From an uncultured archaeon (GTDB lineage: Archaea; Thermoproteota; Nitrososphaeria; Nitrososphaerales; Gagatemarchaeaceae), in assembly GCA_963817525.1 (NCBI GenBank), contig CAWFOU010000001.1, forward strand, positions 704,001 to 768,000: a stretch of DNA of 64,000 nucleotides, written 5' to 3'. The position numbers and the translations under genes are program-made. Positions 28,127 to 36,456 of the stretch are shown here, in pieces (the stretch's first letter is position 1; each line of letters starts with the position of its first letter). The notes under the pieces were generated by a model. It was not told the DNA's origin, made no database searches, and saw nothing but the letters and a program-made list of their open reading frames with translations.

Positions 28127-28942
28127 ATGAGCAAACTCGCATGCAAAGGCCGGATTTGGCCATTGGCCGCCATCATAACGCTGATGATGCTCTCGTTGGT
28201 AGCGGCGGCAGCCCTTGCCGCCCCAAGCCCGACGGCATTATCTCTCACACCCGCGTCGGACTCCCAAACCTGCTTTCAAAATATCAACGGCGCCCTAGCA
28301 CAACAAACTGCGTTGAGTCCTGGTACGGCTACCCAACTACTGAAAGTTGCTGAGACCTCCAGCCAGTATCAGGCTTTCGCTCAAGCTGGAGAAACAGTAT
28401 CATTGGTCTCAGCAAGCCCTGCAATTGAGTATGGCATGGCAACGGGATGCGCCGGAATCACAGTAGAAGCCTATACTTTCAGCTTCATATCTGGGGGGAA
28501 GGAGCTCTCAATCGGGGTTGACCCTAGCACAATGAGTGTGGTTAGGACACTTATAGTTCCGGCAGTCAGTTGGGGCGGCGCGCTCAACTCCTCATCGTAT
28601 CTGGGCGATGCAAGCAAAGGGGTTGGCTCCGGGACGGCATCCCTCACGGTCCTCCTCGTCCAAAGCACCTCCACGACATCCACATCCACAGCCTCAGCTT
28701 CTTCGTCGGCGACGATTTCCATCACGGTGAGTAATGGGACGACCACGGTGTATAACGACACTTCACCGTTCGGGGCAGCCACCCCGCCCAAGCCCACCGA
28801 GGTTCAGGCGTCAACTGCCTACCTGATCCTGGCAGCAGTCGCTGTCATCGTGGTCCTGTTCGGTGTGGTGATGTGGCGGAGGAAGGTCGCGTGCAATCAA
28901 AGAAGTCAGCTTAGGCGACCATCAGCGCCCAGCACCCGATGA
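28127..28942 (+). CDS. Secreted protein with C-terminal membrane anchor
   Basis: Signal peptide, S/T linker, C-terminal TM plus RRK. Confidence 0.75.
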   Translation: MSKLACKGRIWPLAAIITLMMLSLVAAAALAAPSPTALSLTPASDSQTCFQNINGALAQQTALSPGTATQLLKVAETSSQYQAFAQAGETVSLVSASPAIEYGMATGCAGITVEAYTFSFISGGKELSIGVDPSTMSVVRTLIVPAVSWGGALNSSSYLGDASKGVGSGTASLTVLLVQSTSTTSTSTASASSSATISITVSNGTTTVYNDTSPFGAATPPKPTEVQASTAYLILAAVAVIVVLFGVVMWRRKVACNQRSQLRRPSAPSTR

Positions 28943-29329
28943 AGGCTTGGTCGTTTGCCATCTGCCGACAATGATCATGGCCAACCCCGCAACGGCTGCC
29001 AAGAACCCCCCGTAGAAGAATTCGTAGTATCCTGCTAGACTGCAGACTCCCATGCACACCGTCTGGTTCAGCAGGAGGAACGCGCCCAAGGCGACTAGCA
29101 ATCCAACCGAGATGACCTTCCATCCCGCACCGATGAGAGCATTGGTTCTCTGACCTGGAGTCGTCCGCCTTCGAAGGAAACCAAGGCAAATGAAGAGCGC
29201 GCCCCCCAGGATGCTCAGCAGCCCCAAGTCTGCGAGAGCGGTGCTAGGATTGATCGGGCCGGCAAAAAAAAGGACCTGCGAGATCAGTCCAAGCGCAATG
29301 AGGAGCAGACCCAATCGGAGAAAGTTCAT
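28922..29329 (-). CDS. 4-TM membrane protein
   Basis: Four hydrophobic helices, CMGVC loop; preceded by a degenerate 20-bp motif. Confidence 0.7.
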   Translation of the reverse strand: MNFLRLGLLLIALGLISQVLFFAGPINPSTALADLGLLSILGGALFICLGFLRRRTTPGQRTNALIGAGWKVISVGLLVALGAFLLLNQTVCMGVCSLAGYYEFFYGGFLAAVAGLAMIIVGRWQTTKPSSGAGR

Positions 29330-29505
29330 CCTTCCACCTCGTGTGCGATTGTGTATCATGTCATCCCTAAATGGCTTTGTCCGAACCTTTCTGGGGTTGT
29401 GTTAACTCTTCGCGACATCGGCCTCTCCTGAGCAGCCGTTAATTGTCAGGACATGATCGGTTGTGGTAACCTAAAGGGTCACGTCTGAACGTTATAACTG
29501 CCGGG

Positions 29506-29757
29506 TCATTTAGCCGGAAGGCATCCGGTCTGACCTTGTATGAACGAATCCCTCGATACATTTGTCAATCCATCTGACAGGAAGAATACAGCGCAATGAT
29601 GAGATGGAACGTAACCGAGTCCAATACCCAACATCAGCCCCGTTGTGGAGACGTAAACTTCAGTCCCCTGCTGATTGTCAAAGAAGAGAGGAAAAATGGG
29701 AAATAGCGTTAGCAGGAGCCCAATAATGACGACGGCCACTGCGATTTTGCGACCCAT
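29506..29757 (-). CDS. Small N-anchored protein
   Basis: N-terminal TM, Cys pair; architecture like 31078-31317. Confidence 0.55.
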   Translation of the reverse strand: MGRKIAVAVVIIGLLLTLFPIFPLFFDNQQGTEVYVSTTGLMLGIGLGYVPSHHCAVFFLSDGLTNVSRDSFIQGQTGCLPAK

Positions 29758-29928
29758 TTCCTCAATGGTAGCTCAGAGTTCCAAAGCAGAGGTTCACCAT
29801 TAGTCTTTCTTTGAGGCGCCACAGGTTTTATGTCCAGAGGAGTTAGGAGAACCCTTTCTGGTGCGCCTTCAAGCGAGCGTATCTGCTTCAGTTCGGTATT
29901 GCCGCGCGGATTGTTCTGAGCGATTGAC

Positions 29929-30489
29929 CTATTGAACAGTCACGCTGACTATCGCCTGCGGAAGATTCTCGTAACCTACCACGACCTGGTAGATTCCGGG
30001 CGCTGACGCACCGAACAGGAAGCTGAACTGCAATGGTCCGTCGTAGGTCACGTTTGAGGAATAGAGGGCGTACGTGTCGTTAATGGCCTGGGCGTGGTAC
30101 TCCGGAGGAAGGTCTGCGAGCAGGAAGCTGCTCGGGGCCTCCAGGGTGAAGTTCGAGATCCCAGACCCCGCGATGTTGAGCTTTACGCAGACCCCGCCTC
30201 CCTGGCTGACCGTCATCTTGAGTGGAGGGGGAGAGAACTCCGAGCTCGAGGATGAGAAGGACCTGCTCGATGTAGTTAGGTCAGGCGTGGCAAAACTCGT
30301 AAGATTGAATGATGCACATGTGATCTGCCCGGTCACAGTGTAAGCTGTCTGGGTGTAGAGGCTTTGAGAGCTCGTGATGGTGCTCTGGCTCGATTTGGAT
30401 GGGCTGAAAGCGAGCAGGAGAGCGATGCCACCGACCAATATGACGAGAACGACGACGCCTAGCACGGCGTAGCGGTTCCTGCTCGGCAA
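29929..30489 (-). CDS. N-anchored secreted protein
   Basis: TM, S/T linker, Ig-like C-terminal APGIYQVVV; flanked by CGATTGAC repeats. Confidence 0.7.
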   Translation of the reverse strand: MPSRNRYAVLGVVVLVILVGGIALLLAFSPSKSSQSTITSSQSLYTQTAYTVTGQITCASFNLTSFATPDLTTSSRSFSSSSSEFSPPPLKMTVSQGGGVCVKLNIAGSGISNFTLEAPSSFLLADLPPEYHAQAINDTYALYSSNVTYDGPLQFSFLFGASAPGIYQVVVGYENLPQAIVSVTVQ

Positions 30490-30523
30490 CCCGATTGACT
30501 AGATGCGGAAATCCCTTATCAAT

Positions 30524-30805
30524 CTAGCGGGCAGGAGATTCTGTGAGATCTCCTGCGTGGAGCAGTTCTGTCGGTGACGAATGGCCTCTGTGCAATCCAT
30601 CGACTAGCAAAGCAATTCCGGCAAGGGAGGTAGCCCATACGGTTACGATGGATTCTTCCAGGGCCCGCAAAGAGATGATGGGGGCGAGGCCAACGATAAG
30701 CAAATTCCCGGACCCCAGACTACTGAGAGCCAACAGCAGCACCACAAGTCTCCATACGCCATACCCCAAAAGGGCGAACCCCGCCACAACCTCTAATCGA
30801 TTCAT
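30524..30805 (-). CDS. Small membrane protein
   Basis: Hydrophobic 93-aa ORF with GGTGAGG SD-like sequence upstream. Confidence 0.55.
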   Translation of the reverse strand: MNRLEVVAGFALLGYGVWRLVVLLLALSSLGSGNLLIVGLAPIISLRALEESIVTVWATSLAGIALLVDGLHRGHSSPTELLHAGDLTESPAR

Positions 30806-30939
30806 CCCCTCACCTGCGGGTTCTGGCGCGTCTTATGGACTTCCCGCCTTTTTGGGTTCCGCTCCGAAAGCGGGGGGATAGGCAAGGGTGCTCCGATTGG
30901 GGGATGGTTGCCAAAATCGCGGGCGCGGACCAGCGGACA

Positions 30940-31074
30940 TGGTCAAACTCAAAGCCACATGCGGCTTTGGAAGGCCAGACTCCGGCACAGAGGGCGGGCG
31001 TGGGCGTCCAAGGGAAGAACAAGTGGTTAGCCATCCTGACTGAGGCCGTAAATAGAGCGGAGCTCACAACTTGA
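30940..31074 (+). pseudogene. C-terminal remnant of archaeal IS6-like DDE transposase
   Basis: KPHAALEGQTPAQRAGVGVQGKNKWLAIL matches the PHxxLxGxTPAxxAG...NKW tail. Confidence 0.75.
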
Positions 31075-31077
31075 GCC

Positions 31078-31317
31078 ATGCGAAGAATAGTGGTCTTGTT
31101 CGTGCTGGTCGTCGCACTCGGCGTCTTCTTCTTCCTTCCTTTCTATTCCCCACCCGGTCCCTGCAACCGGCCCGGCGTGATATGCGCGGAGCAAGTTAGA
31201 CCAATTGAATCAGCTAGCTGCGCGGTCACGGGGGTCGGGACCTACATCCCCAGCAATCTCTACGCCCAGCCCGTAATTGTCCACTACCGTCTTGGCTGCA
31301 TCAACTATGCAAAGTGA
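31078..31317 (+). CDS. Small N-anchored Cys-rich protein (IS passenger)
   Basis: MRR plus TM plus four Cys; starts 3 nt after the transposase stop. Confidence 0.7.
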   Translation: MRRIVVLFVLVVALGVFFFLPFYSPPGPCNRPGVICAEQVRPIESASCAVTGVGTYIPSNLYAQPVIVHYRLGCINYAK

Positions 31318-31436
31318 AGCGCTAGGGGCTCGCCCCGCTGTGAGCGTCACTTATCCCCCCAAGCGGAGCGGCGAATTGAATCCCCCACTCTACGGAGCGG
31401 AACCCCTTTTTGTCGTGAGGTGGTGCAACTCGGGAC

Positions 31437-31634
31437 TCATGGCCCGTGCCAAATAGCGAAAGTGGCTTTACAATCGTTGCATTCCAATCCATGCCCGCAG
31501 AAGCGACTGGTTCCCCAATGAACTTTTCCTTCGACTCCGACTCCCGAATGGAAGACGAGGTTGGGTTTCCCGCATTTGGGACAGATGGCGTGAATTGTCG
31601 TGCCACACTCAGGACAAGTTAGACTCGCGCTCAA
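31437..31634 (-). CDS. Small multi-CxxC zinc-ribbon protein
   Basis: CPECG, CPKCG, CNDC. Confidence 0.6.
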   Translation of the reverse strand: MSASLTCPECGTTIHAICPKCGKPNLVFHSGVGVEGKVHWGTSRFCGHGLECNDCKATFAIWHGP

Positions 31635-31760
31635 CTTGTTTTTCCGTCGCCGACTCCGTTGCCCGCCTGATAAGTTCCTTCCACTTTATTTCCTCAAGGT
31701 CAAGGTCTAACCCCGCGACCTGAGTGGGAGTCTTTCCATCCAGGCCGAGCGTACAAATCC
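31609..31760 (-). pseudogene. Second IS6-like transposase C-terminal remnant
   Basis: LGLDGKTPTQVAGLDLDLEEIKWKELIRRA. Confidence 0.7.
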
Positions 31761-32163
31761 ACTGGGACAGGGCCCGAACCCGGTCAGCAGCCACAATTCA
31801 CTTTGTCAATCGGTCTTCACGCCGGGTGATTTTCGGACCGTTAGTTAGACATCCACGATGAAATCAGAGGACATGGCGAGAAGGGGCTTCGTGCGGGTCG
31901 AGGTGTCTGGATATCCCGGGCGGTCCTCTTTGCGCTTGAGCGGATCTCCAGAGAGCCCCAACCTCAGCTAGAACCATCCTAGGTGGCACCTGGCGCCCGA
32001 GCCCGGGACACGAATTCTTTTCCGTGTCAGTGAGTGAGCCCGTGGAATTCGGTAGTCCCCAGATTGGGCCATCCTACCGAGTCAACGGTCCCAAGGGCTC
32101 TCTGCCGTTAAAAGCCGCACAGCGCTTCTGGCGCGTTCACCTTGGCGGAAAAGCAGGAGTTCG

Positions 32164-33360
32164 TCAGGATCCCGAGGTCGCAGCTCGAGGCCTGGATCGA
32201 GGAGCTGTCTGCACTTCGGGAGGGGCTCGCCCCGGCGCAAACTCCCTCATCTGCTCCTCAAGGCGGGCGATCCTCTCGCCGTACTCGGCCTTGACCGCCT
32301 TTTCCTTCTCGTCCCGCTCCCTCTCCCTCTCCTTCAGCAGCAGCAACTCGAGCTGGATGTCCTTCCTCTCCTTCTCGCGCTCCTCCTTCTCTTTGGTCAG
32401 CTCCTTCCTCGCCTGCTCCGCCTCGGATATCGTCAGGAAGGGTACCGCCTTCAGGTACTCCTGCTCCAGGTGGTCGAGCGTCGGCTTGTAGTAGGCCATC
32501 CTGTGGCCCAGGAGCACCTCCTGGTCTTCCCACCTCAGCCCCGCCCTGCTCATCTGCGTCTTCGCGAACTTCCTGAACCCGTGGGCGCTCTTGAACTCGC
32601 CCTTCACGTCCGTCGACTTTAGCCCGGAGCAGAGCCAGGCGCGGCGCAGGATGTTCTTGACGACCATCCCCGCGAGGGGGTGGGCTATGTCCGGGGCGAT
32701 CTTCTGCTTGTCGTACCTCACGCCGTAGTCCCACTTGTCCCTGACCAGGGGCGACTCTGGATTGACCTTCTCCCCCACCAGCTCTCTCTCCGCCCTGTAC
32801 CTCCTCCAGGCCTCCGCCGCCTCCGGCGAGACGAGGGTGACGTACTCTTCTGGCTCGCCCCTGTAGATGGTGATGGCCCCGACCCCGGACTCCCTCAGCA
32901 AGAGGTGCCCCACCTTCAGCCAGGACCAGGCCCCCACCCTGAACCCGCCCGAGGCCATCGCGAGGACGATGAAGGCCAGCCGGTTGTCCTGCCCCTCGAG
33001 CACCTTCCTCACCTCCTCCACCGTGGGCGCCCTGTCCACGCCGACGTACCTCACGGGCGGCACCTTCCTCCTGATGATCTTCCAGTCGAGGTTGTACCCG
33101 TACTCCTCGCAGAAGGCCTTGACGTTGGAGACCCTGTTGGAGATCGTGGCCCCCGTGAACTTGTCCCTGCTGGCGATGATGTAGCCGACCAGGAGCTCCT
33201 TGGCCTTCGCCGGGTCGAGGGAGAGGAATGAATCAGGGTCGGGGCCAAGGACCTTCTTGATGCTCGACTCGTAGGTGACCCTGGTCGCCTCAGACCTGAG
33301 GCTGGCGATGAAGGCCTCGAACTTCGTCGTCGCGGTCGTGGTGGCGGTCACGGAAGACAC
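32164..33360 (-). CDS. Tyrosine recombinase/integrase with C-terminal coiled coil
   Basis: SGGFR, HGFRK, LLGH and YY catalytic set intact; start GTG 33360 or 33351, about 40-50 bp from the right core. Confidence 0.95.
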   Translation of the reverse strand: MSSVTATTTATTKFEAFIASLRSEATRVTYESSIKKVLGPDPDSFLSLDPAKAKELLVGYIIASRDKFTGATISNRVSNVKAFCEEYGYNLDWKIIRRKVPPVRYVGVDRAPTVEEVRKVLEGQDNRLAFIVLAMASGGFRVGAWSWLKVGHLLLRESGVGAITIYRGEPEEYVTLVSPEAAEAWRRYRAERELVGEKVNPESPLVRDKWDYGVRYDKQKIAPDIAHPLAGMVVKNILRRAWLCSGLKSTDVKGEFKSAHGFRKFAKTQMSRAGLRWEDQEVLLGHRMAYYKPTLDHLEQEYLKAVPFLTISEAEQARKELTKEKEEREKERKDIQLELLLLKERERERDEKEKAVKAEYGERIARLEEQMREFAPGRAPPEVQTAPRSRPRAATSGS

Positions 33361-33401
33361 AAGGTGCCCAGAGTATATTAGAACCAATTCTTGGGATAAA
33401 A

Positions 33402-34310
33402 TGGCACAACGAGCACGCGGAGCTGGTAAAGTCGGTCGGGGGGCAGGTCCTCTCGCCGGGGAAGGACGACTTTGCGATAAACCCGATGGACATGGGGCCG
33501 GGGACGGAGCCCGCGGAGCACGTGGAGATGGTCACGGACATATTCTCCGACACCTACCACTTCACCCACCCCCAGGCCTACATGTTCAGGAACGCGCTGC
33601 AGCGCTGCCTGAGCGAGGCGGCGGACAGGGAGGTCCCGACGCTGGCCTCCCTCGTGGGCACGATAGAGAGCTATCCCCTAAGGTCGGCGTACGACAACGA
33701 GACCAAGGTCGCGCTGCTGAGGAGGCTCGTGCCCTTGACCCAGGGGCACGTCGGGCGCGCGTTCAACTCCCCCTCCAGCCACACGGTGGACGAGCTCCTC
33801 GACAAGGTCCTCTGCGTCGAGCTCGGGAACATCAGGGAGACGCTCTCCAGGGGCATCTTCGCCGACATACTCCTGAAGCTGGTCTACGAGATGAGGGTAG
33901 CGAGGAAGGCCAGGATGGAGCACATCACGATGATCGAGGAGGCGCGCAACATCGCGCCCGTGAGGAGGGAGGAGGACCCGCCGAGCGTTGGGGAGAGGAT
34001 GATATCGGAGCTCAGGAAGTTCGGCGAGTCGATGCTCTTCGTCGCCCAGTTCCCGACCCAGGTGGCCCCGGAGGTCGTCAAGAACTCGGGAGTGAGGATA
34101 ATCCACAGAGTCGCCTGGGCGGAGGACCTCAGGCTCGTGCGCGACTCGCTCAACCTCACCCAGGAGCAGCTCGCGTACGTCTCGAACCTGGGCGTAGGGG
34201 AGGCGGTCGTGAGCCTGACCAGGCTGCAAAAGCCGGTGCTCGTTCAGGTCGAGGCGGGAAGCTCCCTGTCGCCCGCGAGGAGGGACCTCAACTTGCTCGA
34301 AGAGTCGTAG
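33402..34310 (+). pseudogene. Displaced native 3' half of the HerA-like gene (no Walker A, still open)
   Basis: Homology starts exactly at TGGCACA (WHNEHAEL...); host-like GC3; overlaps the intact adenylate kinase. Confidence 0.92.
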
Positions 34311-34822
34311 CTCAGGGTCCAGTCGATCCAAGCCCGGGTCGAGGGAGGACGCTTGGTCGGCCCCGCCGCCTCCGCGTCCCTAGCGAGCGCCCTGGCGACC
34401 TTCCCCGGCGGTGCGGTGGTGGTGTCGTACTCGTGGACGAGGGCGCTCCCGAACCTCCTTACGCACTCGTCGAGGACGACCCCGATGAGCTCGGCCTCCA
34501 CGTTCTCGGTGACCTTGGGGGCGGGATAGCCCCTCTTCAGCAGCCTCCCGCGGAGCACCGCTGGCTCGCACCTCAGGACGGCGACGAAACTAGCCTCTGG
34601 CTTCCTGAGAACATGGGGGAGAAGGTGCCCAAAGATGACGCCGCGGGGAGGGTCGAGCTCGAGGAGCCTGCGCCGCAGGAGGGCCGTGTCGACATCGCCC
34701 TCGACCTTCGCGAGCATGTTGACAGGAATCGGCGGCGGGAGCCCCATCACCTTCGCCACGATAGGGGCGACCGTCTTCTTCCCCGTCCCGGGGGTCCCGG
34801 ATATGCCGACCATCCCTAGCAT
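34244..34822 (-). CDS. Archaeal adenylate kinase (AK6/Fap7 family)
   Basis: ISGTPGTGKKT, GHL, VLRCEP..L..RL..RGY...KV.EN..AE. Confidence 0.92.
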   Translation of the reverse strand: MLGMVGISGTPGTGKKTVAPIVAKVMGLPPPIPVNMLAKVEGDVDTALLRRRLLELDPPRGVIFGHLLPHVLRKPEASFVAVLRCEPAVLRGRLLKRGYPAPKVTENVEAELIGVVLDECVRRFGSALVHEYDTTTAPPGKVARALARDAEAAGPTKRPPSTRAWIDWTLSYDSSSKLRSLLAGDRELPAST

Positions 34823-34862
34823 GGGGATTCGGCCGGGCGGGCGGTAAAAATGGCTATCGCGC

Positions 34863-35411
34863 CTAGGCGGTCTTCAGCATCTCGAGGTACTTCTTCCTGA
34901 GCTTCGAGACCTTGGGGCGGATCACGAAGAGGCAGTAGGGCTGCAGCGGGTTCTTCTTGTAGTAGCCCTGGTGGTAGCCTTCGGCCGGGTAGAACGACTC
35001 GAAGGGCTTCACCTCGGTGACGGCCTTCGCGTCCCAGACGCCAGAGTCGTCGATCTCCTTGATGGCGTCCTCTGCCGCCCTCTTCTGCTCCTCGTTGCGA
35101 TAGAGCACGATGGAACGGTATTGCGTCCCCACGTCGTTGCCCTGCCTGTCCTTTGTGGTGGGGTCGTGCAGCGTGAAGAAGACGTGCAGGAGCTCGCGCA
35201 GGGAGACCACGCTGGGGTCGAACGTTATCTGGGCGACCTCCGCGTGGCCGGTCGACCCCGAGCACACCTGCTCGTACGACGGGCTCGGGACGCTCCCTCC
35301 CGAGTAGCCCGAGACGACCTGCTCGACGCCCTTCAAGTCGGCGAAGACGGCGTCCACGCACCAGAAGCAGCCCCCGCCGAGCGTTATGACCTCGTTCTTT
35401 GAAGACGACAC
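34863..35411 (-). CDS. msrA: Peptide methionine sulfoxide reductase A
   Basis: GGGCFWC, GYSGG, HDPT..RQGNDVGTQYRS, AEGYHQ. Confidence 0.97.
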   Translation of the reverse strand: MSSSKNEVITLGGGCFWCVDAVFADLKGVEQVVSGYSGGSVPSPSYEQVCSGSTGHAEVAQITFDPSVVSLRELLHVFFTLHDPTTKDRQGNDVGTQYRSIVLYRNEEQKRAAEDAIKEIDDSGVWDAKAVTEVKPFESFYPAEGYHQGYYKKNPLQPYCLFVIRPKVSKLRKKYLEMLKTA

Positions 35412-35456
35412 TTCAGTGAATGTTGGCAGGTCCCGGGCTATAATCCTTGTTCATAA

Positions 35457-36434
35457 TTAGGCGCGGCAGGCGCCCCCGCCCGCGACTCGGAGGCTCTTCC
35501 CGTTCAGGTCGACCACGCCGACGCGCATCCCGTCCCACGCCGGGACGACCGACGGCAGCGAGGCGGTGACCTGGCCGGCCCCCGTTCCCTCCGTCTTGAG
35601 CCTGCACGTGAGGATCTCGCCCGGCAGCTGGACGTGGAGGTCCCTCCCGTCCACCCCCTGCTTGTAGAACGGGCTCTGCCTAAAGCCGAAGGTGACCGAG
35701 TCCTTGAGCTGGAAGCTTCCGTCGTCCATCCACGAGACCTTGTCGAGGTCCTTGAGCTCGACTCCCTTGAGGGAGAGCCCGACCCTGAGGCCCCTCCCCA
35801 CGGTCTGCTGGTCCTCGTCGCTAACCTGGATCCCCCTCACCTCGGCCAGCTTACCTTCGGCGCTCGGGATCAGACGAAGCTCGTCGTGGACGCTGACCGT
35901 CCCCCCGAGCACAAAGCCCAGGACGACCACGCCCACGCCCTTCACGCTGAACGCCCTGTCGATGTAGATCAGGGTCCCCTTCGGGGGCACGTTCGGCCCC
36001 GCCTTTACCGCGGAGAGGTCGAACACCGACGACTTTGAGCTTCGGCTGCTCGCGGGATACCCCTCGAGCCTGGTCCCTTTGAAGTACGAGCCTATTGCGG
36101 ACGGTGGCTCCTCGTCGACCGCGACGATAGAGCCGTCGAGGCCGAACGCGTCCAGGATGACCGCGAGCTCCCCGTCGGGCGCGGAGATCCTGCCGAACTT
36201 CGGGAGGACGTATATGGCATAGTCCGAGATGGAGGCGATCCGGGAGTAGCCCTGGACCTTGTCTGGGAACTGCGCGTCCTCCAGGAAGGAGTAGCTTATC
36301 CCCGCATCGACCCTCCGGTGCACGACCATCGCTCCCTCCGCCTCGCTCTTCTTCGTGACCGGCCCCAGGAGGCCTGCCTTCGCCCCCGCGTCCGTCCCGA
36401 ATACTCCGACTATCCTGCCTTCCAGCTCTCCCAA
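35457..36434 (-). CDS. EF-Tu/SelB domain II-containing protein with degenerate G domain
   Basis: IDRAFSVKGVGVVVLG, VRGIQ, G.RVGL.LK; no intact P-loop. Confidence 0.85.
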   Translation of the reverse strand: MGELEGRIVGVFGTDAGAKAGLLGPVTKKSEAEGAMVVHRRVDAGISYSFLEDAQFPDKVQGYSRIASISDYAIYVLPKFGRISAPDGELAVILDAFGLDGSIVAVDEEPPSAIGSYFKGTRLEGYPASSRSSKSSVFDLSAVKAGPNVPPKGTLIYIDRAFSVKGVGVVVLGFVLGGTVSVHDELRLIPSAEGKLAEVRGIQVSDEDQQTVGRGLRVGLSLKGVELKDLDKVSWMDDGSFQLKDSVTFGFRQSPFYKQGVDGRDLHVQLPGEILTCRLKTEGTGAGQVTASLPSVVPAWDGMRVGVVDLNGKSLRVAGGGACRA

Positions 36435-36456
36435 CCCTCGAACCGTCTCAAGGACG

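Larger units (their letters stand above)
30855..31404 (+). mobile_element. 550-bp non-autonomous IS6-like element carrying a passenger gene
   Basis: Perfect 12-bp TIR GGTTCCGCTCCG within ~50-bp imperfect IRs; 8-bp TSD CCTTTTTG at 30847-30854 and 31405-31412; transposase 3' remnant inside. Confidence 0.85.
13989..33408. mobile_element. ~19.4 kb integrative element inserted in the HerA-like gene (core TGGCACA at 13989-13995 and 33402-33408)
   Basis: Tyrosine integrase adjacent to the right core; duplicated 3' half of the target gene starts at both cores; TA system and visibly lower-GC cargo. Confidence 0.9.

Noticed and set aside
19324-29386. 20-bp motif as CRISPR repeats or IS terminal repeats
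   Set aside because: Irregular spacing from 162 bp to kilobases, no spacers or cas genes, and no TSD around inverted pairs.
31873-31971. Short ORF MARRGFVRVEV... as RHH or excisionase
   Set aside because: Only the first residues are suggestive; no recognisable fold.
15040-32160. Classical integron attC array, and scattered GTCNGRAC-like 8-mers in cargo intergenic regions
   Set aside because: No consistent RYYYAAC...GTTRRRY hairpins; the integrase does not look like IntI; degenerate 8-mers are expected by chance. Only the exact 20-bp motif is reported.
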